This document shows positions 19,801 through 29,933 of a stretch of DNA of 62,212 nt, one piece after another; within the stretch, counting starts at the first letter, position 1; every line of letters starts with the position of its first letter. Both the position numbers and the translations under genes were made by a program. The stretch comes from Patescibacteria group bacterium (GTDB lineage: Bacteria > Patescibacteriota > Gracilibacteria > UM-FILTER-43-11). Location of the stretch: positions 1 through 62,212 of the forward strand of contig JAJDCF010000007.1 in the NCBI GenBank assembly GCA_029260955.1. The letters are read 5' to 3'. A model generated the notes under the pieces. It worked only from the letters and a program-made list of their open reading frames with translations, made no database searches and was not told where the DNA came from.

Positions 19801-21076
19801 AATCACTGTTCTTACATCTGGTACTTTGACTGCTTCTTCTGAAGGTAACCCAGATGCAGACATTGCTGTTGCTGGTGTAACTGAACAACTTGCTTCTAAG
19901 TACGTGTTCAGTGCGCTAGACGAAGATTTCAATGTTAAGAAATTGACTGTAATGAACGATGTTACTGGACCATTTGGTACTGCTGTTACTACAGCTTCTG
20001 TTGCTAACGTAACTATCAAGTATCCAGATGTGAACGGTGTTCAACAGAGCGCTACTAGCTCTTTATCTGGTGGTACTGCTACATTTGCCGGTCTTGAACT
20101 CTTTGTTCCTGCTGGTGAACAAGCTACTCTTGAGATTTACGCTGATGTAAATACCAAGTCTGCTGTTGGTGAATCTATTTCTGGTCAAACCTTCCGTCTT
20201 GGTATGCAAGACACTGGTAATACAATTACTAGCTTCGAAGCTATTGGTCAGTCTTCTTCTACCAATGTAAGTGCTCCTACCATTACTAACGCTGCTAGTG
20301 TAAATGGATTTGTTGTTCGCAAATCTGTACCTACATTTGCTAATGTTAGTACCTCTACAACTCTATCCGATGGTGAAAGAACTCTTATGAGCTTCAGTGT
20401 TACTGCTGATAGCCAGGGTGCTGTTGCTATGGGACGTCTAGCCTTTGAAATCGTAAGATCTGATGCTGCTACAGCTAATCTTGATCTTTCAGACTTCAAA
20501 TTCTACAGAGGTTCTACATTGCTGACTAATGTTGGAATATTTGATGGTACTGCTCAGGCAGATGCAGACTATGTTGCTTCTGCTGCTTCACCATTGAATG
20601 CCGCCCCTGGTGGTGGTACAGATACTGTTATTGTTAGCTTCGAACAGGAAGAAACTATTCCTGCTGCTACAAGCCAGACTTATAGCCTAAAGGCTACAGT
20701 CATCGCTTCAGCTACCAATGACACAATCGACACCAAGATTGCTATTGGTGACGAAAGCGTTCCAATTACTGGTCTTACCACTAATAATGGTAATGCTAAT
20801 ACTGGTAGAGTTTCAGCTGCTAATACAGACAATATTGCATTGTTTGGTGATGCTTCTACTCAGTGTGCTACTACTGATTCAGCTGCCACTGGCTTTGCTG
20901 ATGAAACTGGTACAGCATGTAACGTTATCTGGTCTGACAAATCTGCTGACTCTCACCTTTACCCAACTGTGAGTGGAGCAGGATCAGTAACTGTTGCTTC
21001 TGGTACATATGACTTTACAAATGGATATCTTCTAGATATCACTAGCCTACAATCTCAAACTCTTAGCAAGAACTAA
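16862..21076 (+). CDS. Major S-layer protein (N-terminal SLH domains + Ig-like array)
   Basis: Signal peptide, three SLH repeats (FNDV..WY, NRAE, TRAQVAK), Thr/Ala/Gly/Val-rich beta domains, strong T-ending codon bias suggesting high expression. Confidence 0.9.
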   Translation: MDIALRLKRVVATVAAGALFASSAGIAMAQTFNDVGTDAWYYDYVEQLVGDGVIDVADTYRPADALNRAELVKIAITAIDGLAGYEAPATPTFDDVPADAWFFDYIEAGVQLGIVNGYTDANGNLTGFFGPGDMVNRAASTKILVNAFSVPTDLDPASVFPDVMSADWFHDYVLTAYNQSVLDGYDNGYFGPADAVTRAQVAKLVVNSQNPVERMVSGEGEGEGEGEGEPSSEGDLEVSLNDDTASSSTLSLSANGVAVASFDFTADQDDVYVSNLVLTRGGVGQAADWQNLYVYDGSQRLTTGRTVNNDTNTATFPLKLTVEAGTTTTVTLVGDVSSTAGASSQHYFYVASAANVTSNAQSVAGDFPVAGNTFTMGGANTVVNSVTVTAGTAPPIVTIGEQDAEIASVRLAAGSTNDIAVHQFAFTNGGSLSSAKMVNLRLLRGTDEVATADGFVGDVVTFVLDTPYVIQDGQTKTFYVRADIDGGRTTDNIIMYLDENTDLIAVDQQYGFGASVTNTFARVNANTVALEGGDVTVVDNGPAATQIAQNATNIELLNFSVTTARDLTVRDTFIQLDIQDAAGNGPTLPVTGTGVVATGDGGFADDSSIFCMLDAPAATFALGDMIQMTATSGTVYGIVDAITNSGTCGAGANTEIQTNLAAGDAVADGSTVTEVDPYDYVRNLKLVDLDATTTLAGPLTDANTGATLVPNQSTGFATAESYSRVHTEDYEFTGGETRHLSVQSDLNLNMASGYQIRARVRFSDGGTTSYIKDDAANEFVASSAIIGAGTTALAGNFMTTAQNSLAVALASTPTSQSYVKGDTDVPSLGVALTAGDAGDVTLKRLTVRVYADSGTVFGGTGPGEGDTAANTLVSSVTLYDGNDVVAGPKSISLVDTNVAGFVADTADYYRAQFDDINMVITKGATKTLTAKVNLLNTATVQSYIAVDVLPSADILVEDSDANTITATGGQLNLAGAHVPLITVLTSGTLTASSEGNPDADIAVAGVTEQLASKYVFSALDEDFNVKKLTVMNDVTGPFGTAVTTASVANVTIKYPDVNGVQQSATSSLSGGTATFAGLELFVPAGEQATLEIYADVNTKSAVGESISGQTFRLGMQDTGNTITSFEAIGQSSSTNVSAPTITNAASVNGFVVRKSVPTFANVSTSTTLSDGERTLMSFSVTADSQGAVAMGRLAFEIVRSDAATANLDLSDFKFYRGSTLLTNVGIFDGTAQADADYVASAASPLNAAPGGGTDTVIVSFEQEETIPAATSQTYSLKATVIASATNDTIDTKIAIGDESVPITGLTTNNGNANTGRVSAANTDNIALFGDASTQCATTDSAATGFADETGTACNVIWSDKSADSHLYPTVSGAGSVTVASGTYDFTNGYLLDITSLQSQTLSKN
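17513..17548 (+). repeat. (GGYGAR)6 microsatellite encoding a GE linker after the SLH domains
   Basis: ggtgaa(ggcgaa)4ggtgag. Confidence 0.9.
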
Positions 21077-21115
21077 TCTTAGTTCCTGATAAGACGAGAC
21101 TTAGGTTGAGTCACG

Positions 21116-21152
21116 AAAAACCCCGTTGGCCTTCGGGCCGGAGGGGTTTTTT
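21116..21152 (+). terminator. Rho-independent terminator of the S-layer gene
   Basis: AAAAACCCC..GGCC-TTCG-GGCC..GGGGTTTTTT. Confidence 0.85.
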
Positions 21153-21213
21153 GATATATAAGTTTCTACTTCATTCTGTTAAAATATGGGTAGTAATTCT
21201 TTACATTTTTCCC

Positions 21214-22380
21214 ATGAAAAAAACAGCTATTTTCCTTCTTTTATTTCTGTTTTTGGTTCCAAGTGCTTTGGCGGCCACTATTGTTTCGGAATGGCAAACG
21301 GTTGTGTTTCAGAACGATATAGGTGAAATGGCCCCTATGCTTATAACTTCGACCAGTGATGGTGACATTACTTCAGAACATGGTATTCGAATCATGCTAG
21401 ACCCCGAAATCATGTTGCTGTTGGATGATGCGGAGCTGTATATCTCAGGTACGGCTAAAGACAACGGCAAAGTAGATTTGAATGTACAGCCAGAATATGC
21501 CCCAGACTACAAATCGTTTTATATTCCTGTTATGCAGGATTTTGAAGCTGCAGATTGGCTTAGTATTCAGGGGGTGAAAGTGCGTAGCTACTACGAATAC
21601 ACCAATGATAAATTTTTAGGCCTTGATCTCGATGGAGATGGAATTGCAGATGTGAGCGATATTAATACGTATCGTGTGGGTCAGTCTACGAAGGTGGACT
21701 ATACACCTCCTTTTCCTGTTTTGAATGCAGATTATGTTCGTAATGATGATGGCACTGTTAGCTTTACGTGGGATCCCCCAATTGATTTCGACTATGATGC
21801 TACAATTATTAACCGTGTTCGAATTAAGAATGGTTTCCCTATGGAATCTACTGTCTACAATGATTTTGCGGCCTCTTTTACTGATACAGATTTAAAGGAT
21901 GTAACATCTGCGACCTACTCTTTAGTTAGCAAAGACAGCGGTGGCAACCAAGGTGATCCAGTAACACTTGTTGTAGATCCAATCGTACTTGATGAAGAAC
22001 CGGTTGTTGAGGAGCCAGTTATTGAGGAGCCTATTCCTGAGCCTGCTGCCCCTGAAGATGAGGTTGATGAACTAAGTCGACTTTTAAACTATTATAACGT
22101 CCGTTACAGCATCAAATGTATGCCTTCCGGACTTGCTGTCGCAGAAAACAATAGCGCCTGTCTATGGGCACGTATTGACCTTGTGTACGCTCAAGATCGT
22201 ACCGGTGATGAAAAGGTTGCAGACCTTGCTCTTTCTACCCGTGATTTGGAGTTGATGGAAACTCGCCGCAAATGGCCTGAAATGCGCTACGAAGACAATT
22301 GTATAACCGCTGCAACACCGGCTGGTTATTGCCCTGCCTTGGGGAAGGCGTTGGATCGAATCAGTTATTTTCTTGATTAG
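21214..22380 (+). CDS. Secreted hypothetical protein with FN3-like domain and Cys-containing C-terminal domain
   Basis: Signal peptide MKKTAIFLLLFLFLVPSALA; VSFTWDPP...YSLVSKD; Pro/Glu linker. Confidence 0.7.
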   Translation: MKKTAIFLLLFLFLVPSALAATIVSEWQTVVFQNDIGEMAPMLITSTSDGDITSEHGIRIMLDPEIMLLLDDAELYISGTAKDNGKVDLNVQPEYAPDYKSFYIPVMQDFEAADWLSIQGVKVRSYYEYTNDKFLGLDLDGDGIADVSDINTYRVGQSTKVDYTPPFPVLNADYVRNDDGTVSFTWDPPIDFDYDATIINRVRIKNGFPMESTVYNDFAASFTDTDLKDVTSATYSLVSKDSGGNQGDPVTLVVDPIVLDEEPVVEEPVIEEPIPEPAAPEDEVDELSRLLNYYNVRYSIKCMPSGLAVAENNSACLWARIDLVYAQDRTGDEKVADLALSTRDLELMETRRKWPEMRYEDNCITAATPAGYCPALGKALDRISYFLD

Positions 22381-22422
22381 ATCCCTCAGCTTTATTACAA
22401 TGATCACCTAATAATCAATATT

Positions 22423-22968
22423 ATGAAAATTAGTAGGTTGTTCATCATCGGATTCTCTGCACTGCTTTTGGCAGGTTGCAATAGCTATAAAATTGATGTG
22501 GATTTGTCGTCGGATGAAATTAAGAATATCAAAGCTGATATTGAATCTTTGAAAGTTAAACTTGATAACTACGTTGCTAAAGACGAAGGAGAAATCGCTT
22601 GGGCTCAGACCATAGATTTGGCTAGGGCTTACAAAAAGCTGGGTGAAATCGGTAAAGCCATAAAGGTGTACGAGGATGTTTTGGAAGATGGCCATACAAC
22701 GCAGTCCATTCTTAATAATTTGGGTCGCCTTTATGAAAGTACCGAGCAATATGATAAGGCCGTAGTCATGTACCAGCGTCTTAACGATGAATATTTCGAT
22801 CACGACTATCTTTACGATATTACCTGGGCTTATATAAAGGCTGGTGAGCGTAAACTGGCTGAAAAATATTTTAATGCTTGGCAGCTAGAGTTTAATAAGA
22901 CAGATGAGCAAACTCAACGGGCCATCAAGAAGCTCCGTGAGGCCGAGAAAGCTAATGCGAATGGCTAA
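22423..22968 (+). CDS. TPR-containing lipoprotein
   Basis: Lipobox LLAGC; TPR-like LARAYKKLGEIGKAIKVY and NNLGRLY. Confidence 0.8.
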   Translation: MKISRLFIIGFSALLLAGCNSYKIDVDLSSDEIKNIKADIESLKVKLDNYVAKDEGEIAWAQTIDLARAYKKLGEIGKAIKVYEDVLEDGHTTQSILNNLGRLYESTEQYDKAVVMYQRLNDEYFDHDYLYDITWAYIKAGERKLAEKYFNAWQLEFNKTDEQTQRAIKKLREAEKANANG

Positions 22969-23030
22969 AGGTTGTCATTTAATACCTTTTAATGTAGGCT
23001 AACTTAGCTTATTTATTTATATGTTTTTTT

Positions 23031-24320
23031 ATGAAAGCTGAAATCAAGAAACTTCCAAAATCTCAAGTTGAACTTACTATTACTGTTCCTTATGCTGACT
23101 ATGCCAAGGCTGAAAAGCAGGCTATCGAGCAAATTAGCAAAGAAATGAAGGTTGATGGCTTTCGTTCAGGCAATATCCCAGAGGATGTGGTGCGTGAAAA
23201 GGCCGGGCCAGAAACTATTCAATCCTTTACTCTTGAAAATATCATCCCCATTTCCTATTCAGCTGCGGTTAAAGAGAATGATGTTATGGTCATTGCTCAG
23301 CCACAAGTGGACATCAAAAGTCACGTTGCAAAAGAGGGGGACGACTTTGTTTATACAGCGGTTGTATCCGTTATGCCAGAAGTAAAACTGGGTAACTACA
23401 AAAAGATCAAAGTGAAAAAAGAAGAGGTTAAAGTGACTGACAAAGAGTTAAATGAAACTCTCGAAATGATCACAAGTCGTTTTGCTGAATGGAAGAATGT
23501 TGAGCGTGCTGCAAAAATGGGTGATCGAGTGGATGTTGATTTTGAGGGTTTTGATAAGGATGGTAAAACCCTTCCAAATACAGCCAGCAAGAATCATCCT
23601 GTAATTCTTGGTTCTAAAGCAATGATTCCTGGATTCGAAGAAGCCATTGTTGGTATGAAGGCAGATGAAGAAAAAGAGTTTGATATTGATTTCCCAAAAG
23701 AGTATCACGCCAAAGATATGCAGGGGAAAAAGGTGTCTTTTAAGGCCAAAGTTAACCGTGTAGAGGAGAAGCTTGATCAGGAGCTTAATGAGGCTATGGT
23801 TGAAAAGGCTACGGGTCAAAAGCAATCAGTCGATGACTTTAAAAAGCGTGTTAAGGAGGATCTGACGCGTGAAATGGAGCAACGTGCTCAGACAGAGGTC
23901 GACAATAAAGTTGTGCAGGAAATCATCAAAATTACCACAGTCGAACTCCCTCAGTCTTTGATTGAAGATGAGATCAACCTGCTCAAGGAAGAGAGAAAAC
24001 AGGCTGTCACTAAGCAGGGGCTTACTTGGGAACAATATCTTCAGCACATCAAGAAATCTGACGAGGATTTTGCCAAAGACCACCAAAAACCTGCCGAAGA
24101 AAGACTTATAGCTCGTTTGGGAGTAAATCAGATTATTAAAGAGGAAAAGGTTGAAGCGGATGTTGCCGATGTGGACAAGCGTGTTCAAGAGATAGCTGCT
24201 AATTATCCAGCAGAACAGAAGGAGAAGGTACTTGAGTACTACAAAAAGGATTCAGAGGCTTATAGGGCGCTCAAAAACAATATGTCAGCCGACAAGCTAA
24301 TCAATATGTTTGTTGTCTGA
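23031..24320 (+). CDS. tig: Trigger factor
   Basis: VDGFRSGNIP, GDRVDVDFEG, MIPGFEEAIVG, FPKEYH. Confidence 0.96.
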   Translation: MKAEIKKLPKSQVELTITVPYADYAKAEKQAIEQISKEMKVDGFRSGNIPEDVVREKAGPETIQSFTLENIIPISYSAAVKENDVMVIAQPQVDIKSHVAKEGDDFVYTAVVSVMPEVKLGNYKKIKVKKEEVKVTDKELNETLEMITSRFAEWKNVERAAKMGDRVDVDFEGFDKDGKTLPNTASKNHPVILGSKAMIPGFEEAIVGMKADEEKEFDIDFPKEYHAKDMQGKKVSFKAKVNRVEEKLDQELNEAMVEKATGQKQSVDDFKKRVKEDLTREMEQRAQTEVDNKVVQEIIKITTVELPQSLIEDEINLLKEERKQAVTKQGLTWEQYLQHIKKSDEDFAKDHQKPAEERLIARLGVNQIIKEEKVEADVADVDKRVQEIAANYPAEQKEKVLEYYKKDSEAYRALKNNMSADKLINMFVV

Positions 24321-24334
24321 AAACTTTAAAAAGG

Positions 24335-26488
24335 TTATTTTCGGATCTCCTTTACTTTGAATACGTCAGGAACGGTTTCCAGTTCATGTACCAGTTTGTC
24401 TAAAGCTCCTACGCTGTGCACGACGGTATCTATGGTAAGGGCTTTGCCTATTTTTAGATCAAGGATGGAAAGATTATTTCTTGTAAAAATTTCTGCTATA
24501 TCTCTTAGCAGGCCAACACGAGATTTCTTTTCTATGCCCAATCTAACGTTGTAGGCGGGTTTATTCTTAATTCCCCACGAAGCTTTTACAAACCTATTTC
24601 TGTCGTGTCCCATCAGGACTTTGCAATAAGATCTATGAATTGTAACACCTCGTCCTCGTGTGATGTAGCCTATGATTTCATTCTCAATTGTAGGCTTACA
24701 GCAAGTGGCAAGTTGAGTTTTGTAGCCCTTTTGTCCCGTGATCAACACTTCATTTTTCTTTTCTAGCTTAATGCTGTCGGTGAGCACCTTTTTATTTACA
24801 GTGGGTTCGATCTGTTTGCTTGCAAGAATATCTTTTGGCACGATTTTTTTGATCACGCTGACGGCTTCAACCGAACCATTTCCTACTTTTTCCAGAACTT
24901 CTTCACGCTCTCTTACAGTCAATCTTTTGTCTGAATACTTTTTTAACAGTCCCAATTCGCCACTTAAGGGCGGCATTCCCAGGCGTTTTAAGTGTTTGTT
25001 TAGGAGGTCTTTACCCATCTTAACCAAATTCTCCTTTTCTTGGGCGTTGAACCAGTGCTTAATGCTGCTTTTGGCATGAGATGTAATGGTAAATGAAAGC
25101 CAGTAGCGATTTGGAGAGGGTGTGTTGCTGGTTAGGATTTCTACTACTTCATTGTTCTTCAGTTTGTAATCAAGGGGTACTATTTTGCCATCTACTTTGG
25201 CCCCTTTGCATTTGTTACCTACATCGGTATGAATGGAATAGGCAAAATCAACGGGAGTGGCGTCGCGTGGTAAATCCTTCACATCTCCTTTGGGTGTTAC
25301 TACAAAAATGCGATCATGGAAGATATCCATGTTTAGATTTTCGATAAATTCTGAGTTACTTTTCAGATTATCATGAAGGGCAACAAGATTTTGTACCCAG
25401 TTCAATTTGTCCTCTGGAACGGCAATAGAGTAGCCTGCTTTTTCCTTGTATTCCCAGTGTGCCGCAATACCGTACTTGGCCACGTTATTCATATCATGTG
25501 TACGTATCTGAATTTCAATAGGTTGGTTATTCAGACTTGGCACCAGGCCTACAATGGTTGTATGCAAACTCTGATAATCATTACTTTTCTTGTTGGCAAT
25601 ATAGTCCTTAAAACGCCTTGTTAAAGGGGTCCAGTTTTTGTGAATTATGCCCAATGCCTGATAACATTCTGCTTCTGAATCGACGATAATGCGCAGGGCG
25701 AAGATGTCATAAAGTTCAGAAATGTAGTTTTTATCTTTGCGTTTCAGTTTTCGGTGAATGCTGTAGAAGTGTTTCACCCTACCCTCAATCTCTGCCTGCA
25801 TATTATTCTTTTTGAGGACTTTTTTCAGAATAATCGTACCCTTTTTAATGATGTTCTTCTGAAGTCCAGTAGTTTCTGCCATGTCTTTGCGAAGCCGTTC
25901 ATTGTCTTTTGGATGCAAGTACTTGAAACACAGATCATCCATTTCATTCTTAATATGAAAGATACCCAGTCTGGATGCGATAGGGGAATAAACCGACAGT
26001 GTTTCTTCTGCTATTCGCTTTTGTTTATCGGGTTTTACATGATCCAGCGTTCTCATGTTGTGCAGCCGGTCACAAAGCTTTACCAAAATTACACGAATAT
26101 CTTTGGCCATGGCCAGGAACATTTTTCTTAAATTTTCTACTTGTCTTTCCCTTCCTTGGTAGTAGATCTTACCTAATTTTTCCAGACCTTTTAAAAGCGG
26201 AATGATGCGCTCGTCAAAATTTTCTCGAATTTCATCGGCAGTTATTTCTGTATCTTCCAGAACATCATGAAGCAAGGCAGCAATAATCGAATCTTCGTCG
26301 GGTTTTAGATCCAGAAGAATCTTAGCCGTTTCTAAGGGGTGTTGTATGTAAGGCTCCCCACTTTCTCTTGTCATTCCTTCATGGGCTTTTTTGGCGTATT
26401 CGTAAGCCCTTAAAATCCTTTCCTCATCTACATGTGGCAAGTACTCTTTGGCGCCCTTGATTAGATCATTGATCGTGGCTTTTTTCAG
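24335..26488 (-). CDS. relA: Bifunctional (p)ppGpp synthetase/hydrolase
   Basis: RESGEPYIQHP, LLHDVLED, DRLHNMRT, YQSLHT, TGS domain, CCKP; homology-like frame extends upstream of TTG 26440 to CTG 26488. Confidence 0.93.
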   Translation of the reverse strand: MKKATINDLIKGAKEYLPHVDEERILRAYEYAKKAHEGMTRESGEPYIQHPLETAKILLDLKPDEDSIIAALLHDVLEDTEITADEIRENFDERIIPLLKGLEKLGKIYYQGRERQVENLRKMFLAMAKDIRVILVKLCDRLHNMRTLDHVKPDKQKRIAEETLSVYSPIASRLGIFHIKNEMDDLCFKYLHPKDNERLRKDMAETTGLQKNIIKKGTIILKKVLKKNNMQAEIEGRVKHFYSIHRKLKRKDKNYISELYDIFALRIIVDSEAECYQALGIIHKNWTPLTRRFKDYIANKKSNDYQSLHTTIVGLVPSLNNQPIEIQIRTHDMNNVAKYGIAAHWEYKEKAGYSIAVPEDKLNWVQNLVALHDNLKSNSEFIENLNMDIFHDRIFVVTPKGDVKDLPRDATPVDFAYSIHTDVGNKCKGAKVDGKIVPLDYKLKNNEVVEILTSNTPSPNRYWLSFTITSHAKSSIKHWFNAQEKENLVKMGKDLLNKHLKRLGMPPLSGELGLLKKYSDKRLTVREREEVLEKVGNGSVEAVSVIKKIVPKDILASKQIEPTVNKKVLTDSIKLEKKNEVLITGQKGYKTQLATCCKPTIENEIIGYITRGRGVTIHRSYCKVLMGHDRNRFVKASWGIKNKPAYNVRLGIEKKSRVGLLRDIAEIFTRNNLSILDLKIGKALTIDTVVHSVGALDKLVHELETVPDVFKVKEIRK

Positions 26489-26582
26489 TTGTGAATTCGT
26501 TAGTGATTGCCTTTTATCTTACTAAAGAACTGGTCTTGAAGCAAATTTATGAGTAGAATAAGGGCAATCTAAAAGTCGAAAA

Positions 26583-28091
26583 ATGAACAAAGTTATCCTT
26601 ACAATTTTAGATGGATTTGGTGAAGCACCTGCTGGGCCGGGGAATGCAATTGCCACTGCTAACACACCCAATCTCGATAAACTTCGGGAAGAATATCCAT
26701 TTAGTATCCTCCAGGCATCTGGTGAGGCTGTTGGTTTGACCGAAGGGAGTATGGGCGGTTCTGAAGTTGGCCATTTTACCATTGGTTCAGGGCGAATTAC
26801 CCCTCAATTTCTGTTGGAGATCAATCGAGCAGTCAAAGATGGTTCCTTTTTTGAGAACAAGGAACTCAAGGCGGCTTATGATTATGCGAAGACGAAAAAT
26901 AAGCCCCTTCATTTAATGGGAATGATTTCAAACAAGGGGGTTCATTCTCATATCGATCATTTGTTTGCCTTGCTTGAGTGGGCTAAAAAGGAAGGGATGA
27001 CGGATGTTTATGTCCACTGCATCGGCGACGGTCGTGACGTTAAGGAGCGAAGTATTAAAACCTATCTTAAACAACTTCAAGACAAAATCGATGAGCTGGG
27101 TGTGGGTAAGATTGCTACAGTTATCGGTCGTTATTACTCCATGGATCGCGACAAAAACTGGGATCGTACCGAAGTCGGCTACAAGCTGATCACGCAGGGG
27201 GAAGGTTTAGCACTTGATGACCCTATGGCGGCTGTTGAACATTTTTACGAAGCAGATGCCAAGATTACAGATTATTATTTGCCTGCCATGCTTATCAACG
27301 ACGAAGGTCTGATTAAAGAGGGAGATGCAGTGATTTTTTTCAATTACCGAACCGATCGTACTCGTCAGCTTACGGCAGCTTTTGTGCATCCTACTTTTGC
27401 CGGCTTTAAAAAGTTGATTGGCGATGTACACTTTGTTTGCATGGGGCCTTATTCAGATTTTGCCCCTATTGCTTTCAATGTGCCGGAAATCAAAAATAAT
27501 TTGGCTCACTATCTTTCTGATAATGGTATTAAGCAATTACGTGTGGCTGAGACCGAGAAATACGCGCATGTGACTTTCTTCTTCAATTCGCAAATTGAAC
27601 ACAAGGTAGAGAATGAGGATCGCGTTATGATCGCTTCACCTAAGGTGCCAAGCTATGCGCAGAAACCCGAAATGTCGGCCTCTGAAGTCACTCATACAGT
27701 TCTGAATTCTTTGGAATCCGCAGAGCATGAAGTGATCATCGTTAATTATGCGAACTGTGATTTGGTTGGGCATTCTGGTGATTTACAGGCCTCTATCAAG
27801 GCCGTGGAAGTGATTGATGACTGCGTAGGGCAGATTCAAAAAAAAGCTATGGAGGCAGGTTATACCTTTATGCTGACGGGCGATCACGGTAACGCTGATG
27901 ACATGCTTTATCCCGATGGCTCACAGCGTCCTGCACATTCCATGAACCCGGTCATCTTGATGATTGCTGATTCTGAAAAAAAGATCACCAAGGTAAAAGA
28001 CGGGGGGCTTGCCGATGTGGCGCCTACACTACTAAAAATTCTTGGCTTGCCTAAGCCGGAAGAGATGACTGGTGAGAGCTTGATTGACTAA
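26583..28091 (+). CDS. gpmI: 2,3-bisphosphoglycerate-independent phosphoglycerate mutase
   Basis: ILDGFG, MGGSEVGH, GRYYSMDRD, AETEKYAHVTFF, DHGNA. Confidence 0.96.
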   Translation: MNKVILTILDGFGEAPAGPGNAIATANTPNLDKLREEYPFSILQASGEAVGLTEGSMGGSEVGHFTIGSGRITPQFLLEINRAVKDGSFFENKELKAAYDYAKTKNKPLHLMGMISNKGVHSHIDHLFALLEWAKKEGMTDVYVHCIGDGRDVKERSIKTYLKQLQDKIDELGVGKIATVIGRYYSMDRDKNWDRTEVGYKLITQGEGLALDDPMAAVEHFYEADAKITDYYLPAMLINDEGLIKEGDAVIFFNYRTDRTRQLTAAFVHPTFAGFKKLIGDVHFVCMGPYSDFAPIAFNVPEIKNNLAHYLSDNGIKQLRVAETEKYAHVTFFFNSQIEHKVENEDRVMIASPKVPSYAQKPEMSASEVTHTVLNSLESAEHEVIIVNYANCDLVGHSGDLQASIKAVEVIDDCVGQIQKKAMEAGYTFMLTGDHGNADDMLYPDGSQRPAHSMNPVILMIADSEKKITKVKDGGLADVAPTLLKILGLPKPEEMTGESLID

Positions 28092-28101
28092 TTATTCCTC
28101 A

Positions 28102-28362
28102 CTATTTTTTTGCCTTCTTAGCTTGCTTTGCAGCAGCAGATTTACTCTTTTCAATAATTGTCATGGCAAATTTTATAGGTTGCCACAGATAATGATTGAC
28201 CAAATCCATCGTATCCTTAGCCTTGGCAGTAACATTGTTAATGTTGGATAGTATTTTGATCAGATGATAAAGCGCAAGTACAAGAAAGAGCGCAAAGAAC
28301 GCGATCGCAATTGATAGGACAAGATAAAGGATGTCCAATGGTGTAGAATATAGTTCGAGCAT
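28102..28362 (-). CDS. Small single-TM hypothetical protein
   Basis: 86 aa, hydrophobic helix followed by a coiled region. Confidence 0.7.
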   Translation of the reverse strand: MLELYSTPLDILYLVLSIAIAFFALFLVLALYHLIKILSNINNVTAKAKDTMDLVNHYLWQPIKFAMTIIEKSKSAAAKQAKKAKK

Positions 28363-28391
28363 AATTAATTTTTTGTTTTTTCCATTGTAAC

Positions 28392-29927
28392 ATGCTTAAA
28401 CGCATCCCAGCAACATTAATCTTGGCCGTGTCAGCGCTACTTAGTCGCTTGCTTGGGCTTATCCGAGATCACTTGTTGGCTCGCAGTTTTGGTGCGAGTT
28501 CAGGTGAGGGAATTTATAATTTGGACGCTTATTATGCTGCTTTCAGAATTCCTGATTTACTTTATAACTTGCTAATTTTTGGCGCGATTTCGGCAGCGTT
28601 CATTCCGATTTTTACGCAGTATAAAAAGTCAGATGAACTAAAAAAAGCATGGGAGTTTGCCAGTAATATGATGCATCTAATGCTCATATTCATTCTGATT
28701 GTGTCTGGTGTAGCCTATCTTTTTGCGCCTCAGCTTGCGCTTTTGGTGGCAGGTGGATTTGAGGGTGAAGCCTTTGATCTTACTGTTCGGCTCATGCGAA
28801 TCATGCTCCTTTCCCCTATCATCTTTTCCTTTTCTGCTATTTTCATCAGCATCCAAGATAGCTTTAAAGTCTTTTTTTGGAGGAGTCTTGCACCGCTTTT
28901 TTATAATTTGGGAATCATCTTTGGCGTCATTTATTTTGCTCAGGACTTTGGTGTGGTTGGAGTAACTTGGGGGGTAATCATTGGCGCCCTTATGCAGCTT
29001 ATCGTCCAGCTTCCTGCGCTCAAAACAGTTGGCTACAAGCATGTTTGGCTACTTGATTCTGCCCGGTCAGACGTACGAAAGGCCTTCAAGCTGATTGTGC
29101 CTCGAGTGGTTGGCCTTTCCCTCACGCAGATAACTTTGATTATCAATACCTTGATTGCCAGTTTTCTGGTAACAGGATCGATCACCATCTTCTATTTTGC
29201 AGACAACCTGCAGGCAGTGCCACTAGGTATCATCGGTATTTCGTTTGCTATTGCTTCTTTTGCAACTCTTTCGGAATTGGCGATGGAAAAAACGTCGAAA
29301 GGATTTGTAACGGAGATCAGTCGGGTGGCCCATCAAGTACTTTTCCTTATTATTCCGGCGACATTAGGCATGTTCTTTTTACGCGCGAAGATCATTGATG
29401 TGATTTTGGTAGCGGGGAAGTTTACCGCTTCTGATGCGGCCATTTTGGAGGCTGTACTTGGTTTCTTGCTTATCTCACTCTTCGCCCAGTCGCTTATTCC
29501 GCTGTTTAGCCGGGGGTTTTACGCTTATCACAATACAAAAACACCTGTTGCTACGGCTGTATTAGGTTCACTGGTTAGCATTGTTGGAAGTTATCTGTTG
29601 GCCATTGTGTATGGCATGGGAGTCGTCGGTATTGGTATCGCTTTTTCGGCCGGGGCTATTTTGAACTTTGTTTTGCTCTATATCCTTATGTCCAACAAAT
29701 GTAAGGAATGGATTTTTGACTGGCTAAATGTGTTTAAAATAATCATATCTGGGGCATTTATGTATGGCGTCTTGTATGTGGTTGGTGATTATGTGAACTA
29801 TGGGGCACGATTGATTGATCGAATGGGTGGGCTTGCACTTTTGACGTTAATTGGTATGATTAGCTACTTTCTGGCAGCTTATATTTTGAAGATTCCAGAA
29901 CTTAGAATGATTACACGACGTAAATAG
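28392..29927 (+). CDS. murJ: Lipid II flippase
   Basis: SRLLGLIRD, AAFRIPD, AAFIPIF, multiple TMs, RGFYA. Confidence 0.95.
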   Translation: MLKRIPATLILAVSALLSRLLGLIRDHLLARSFGASSGEGIYNLDAYYAAFRIPDLLYNLLIFGAISAAFIPIFTQYKKSDELKKAWEFASNMMHLMLIFILIVSGVAYLFAPQLALLVAGGFEGEAFDLTVRLMRIMLLSPIIFSFSAIFISIQDSFKVFFWRSLAPLFYNLGIIFGVIYFAQDFGVVGVTWGVIIGALMQLIVQLPALKTVGYKHVWLLDSARSDVRKAFKLIVPRVVGLSLTQITLIINTLIASFLVTGSITIFYFADNLQAVPLGIIGISFAIASFATLSELAMEKTSKGFVTEISRVAHQVLFLIIPATLGMFFLRAKIIDVILVAGKFTASDAAILEAVLGFLLISLFAQSLIPLFSRGFYAYHNTKTPVATAVLGSLVSIVGSYLLAIVYGMGVVGIGIAFSAGAILNFVLLYILMSNKCKEWIFDWLNVFKIIISGAFMYGVLYVVGDYVNYGARLIDRMGGLALLTLIGMISYFLAAYILKIPELRMITRRK

Positions 29928-29933
29928 CCCTTA

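Noticed and set aside
21106..21213. N-terminal extension of the 424-aa ORF
   Set aside because: Overlaps the S-layer terminator; the signal peptide begins at ATG 21214
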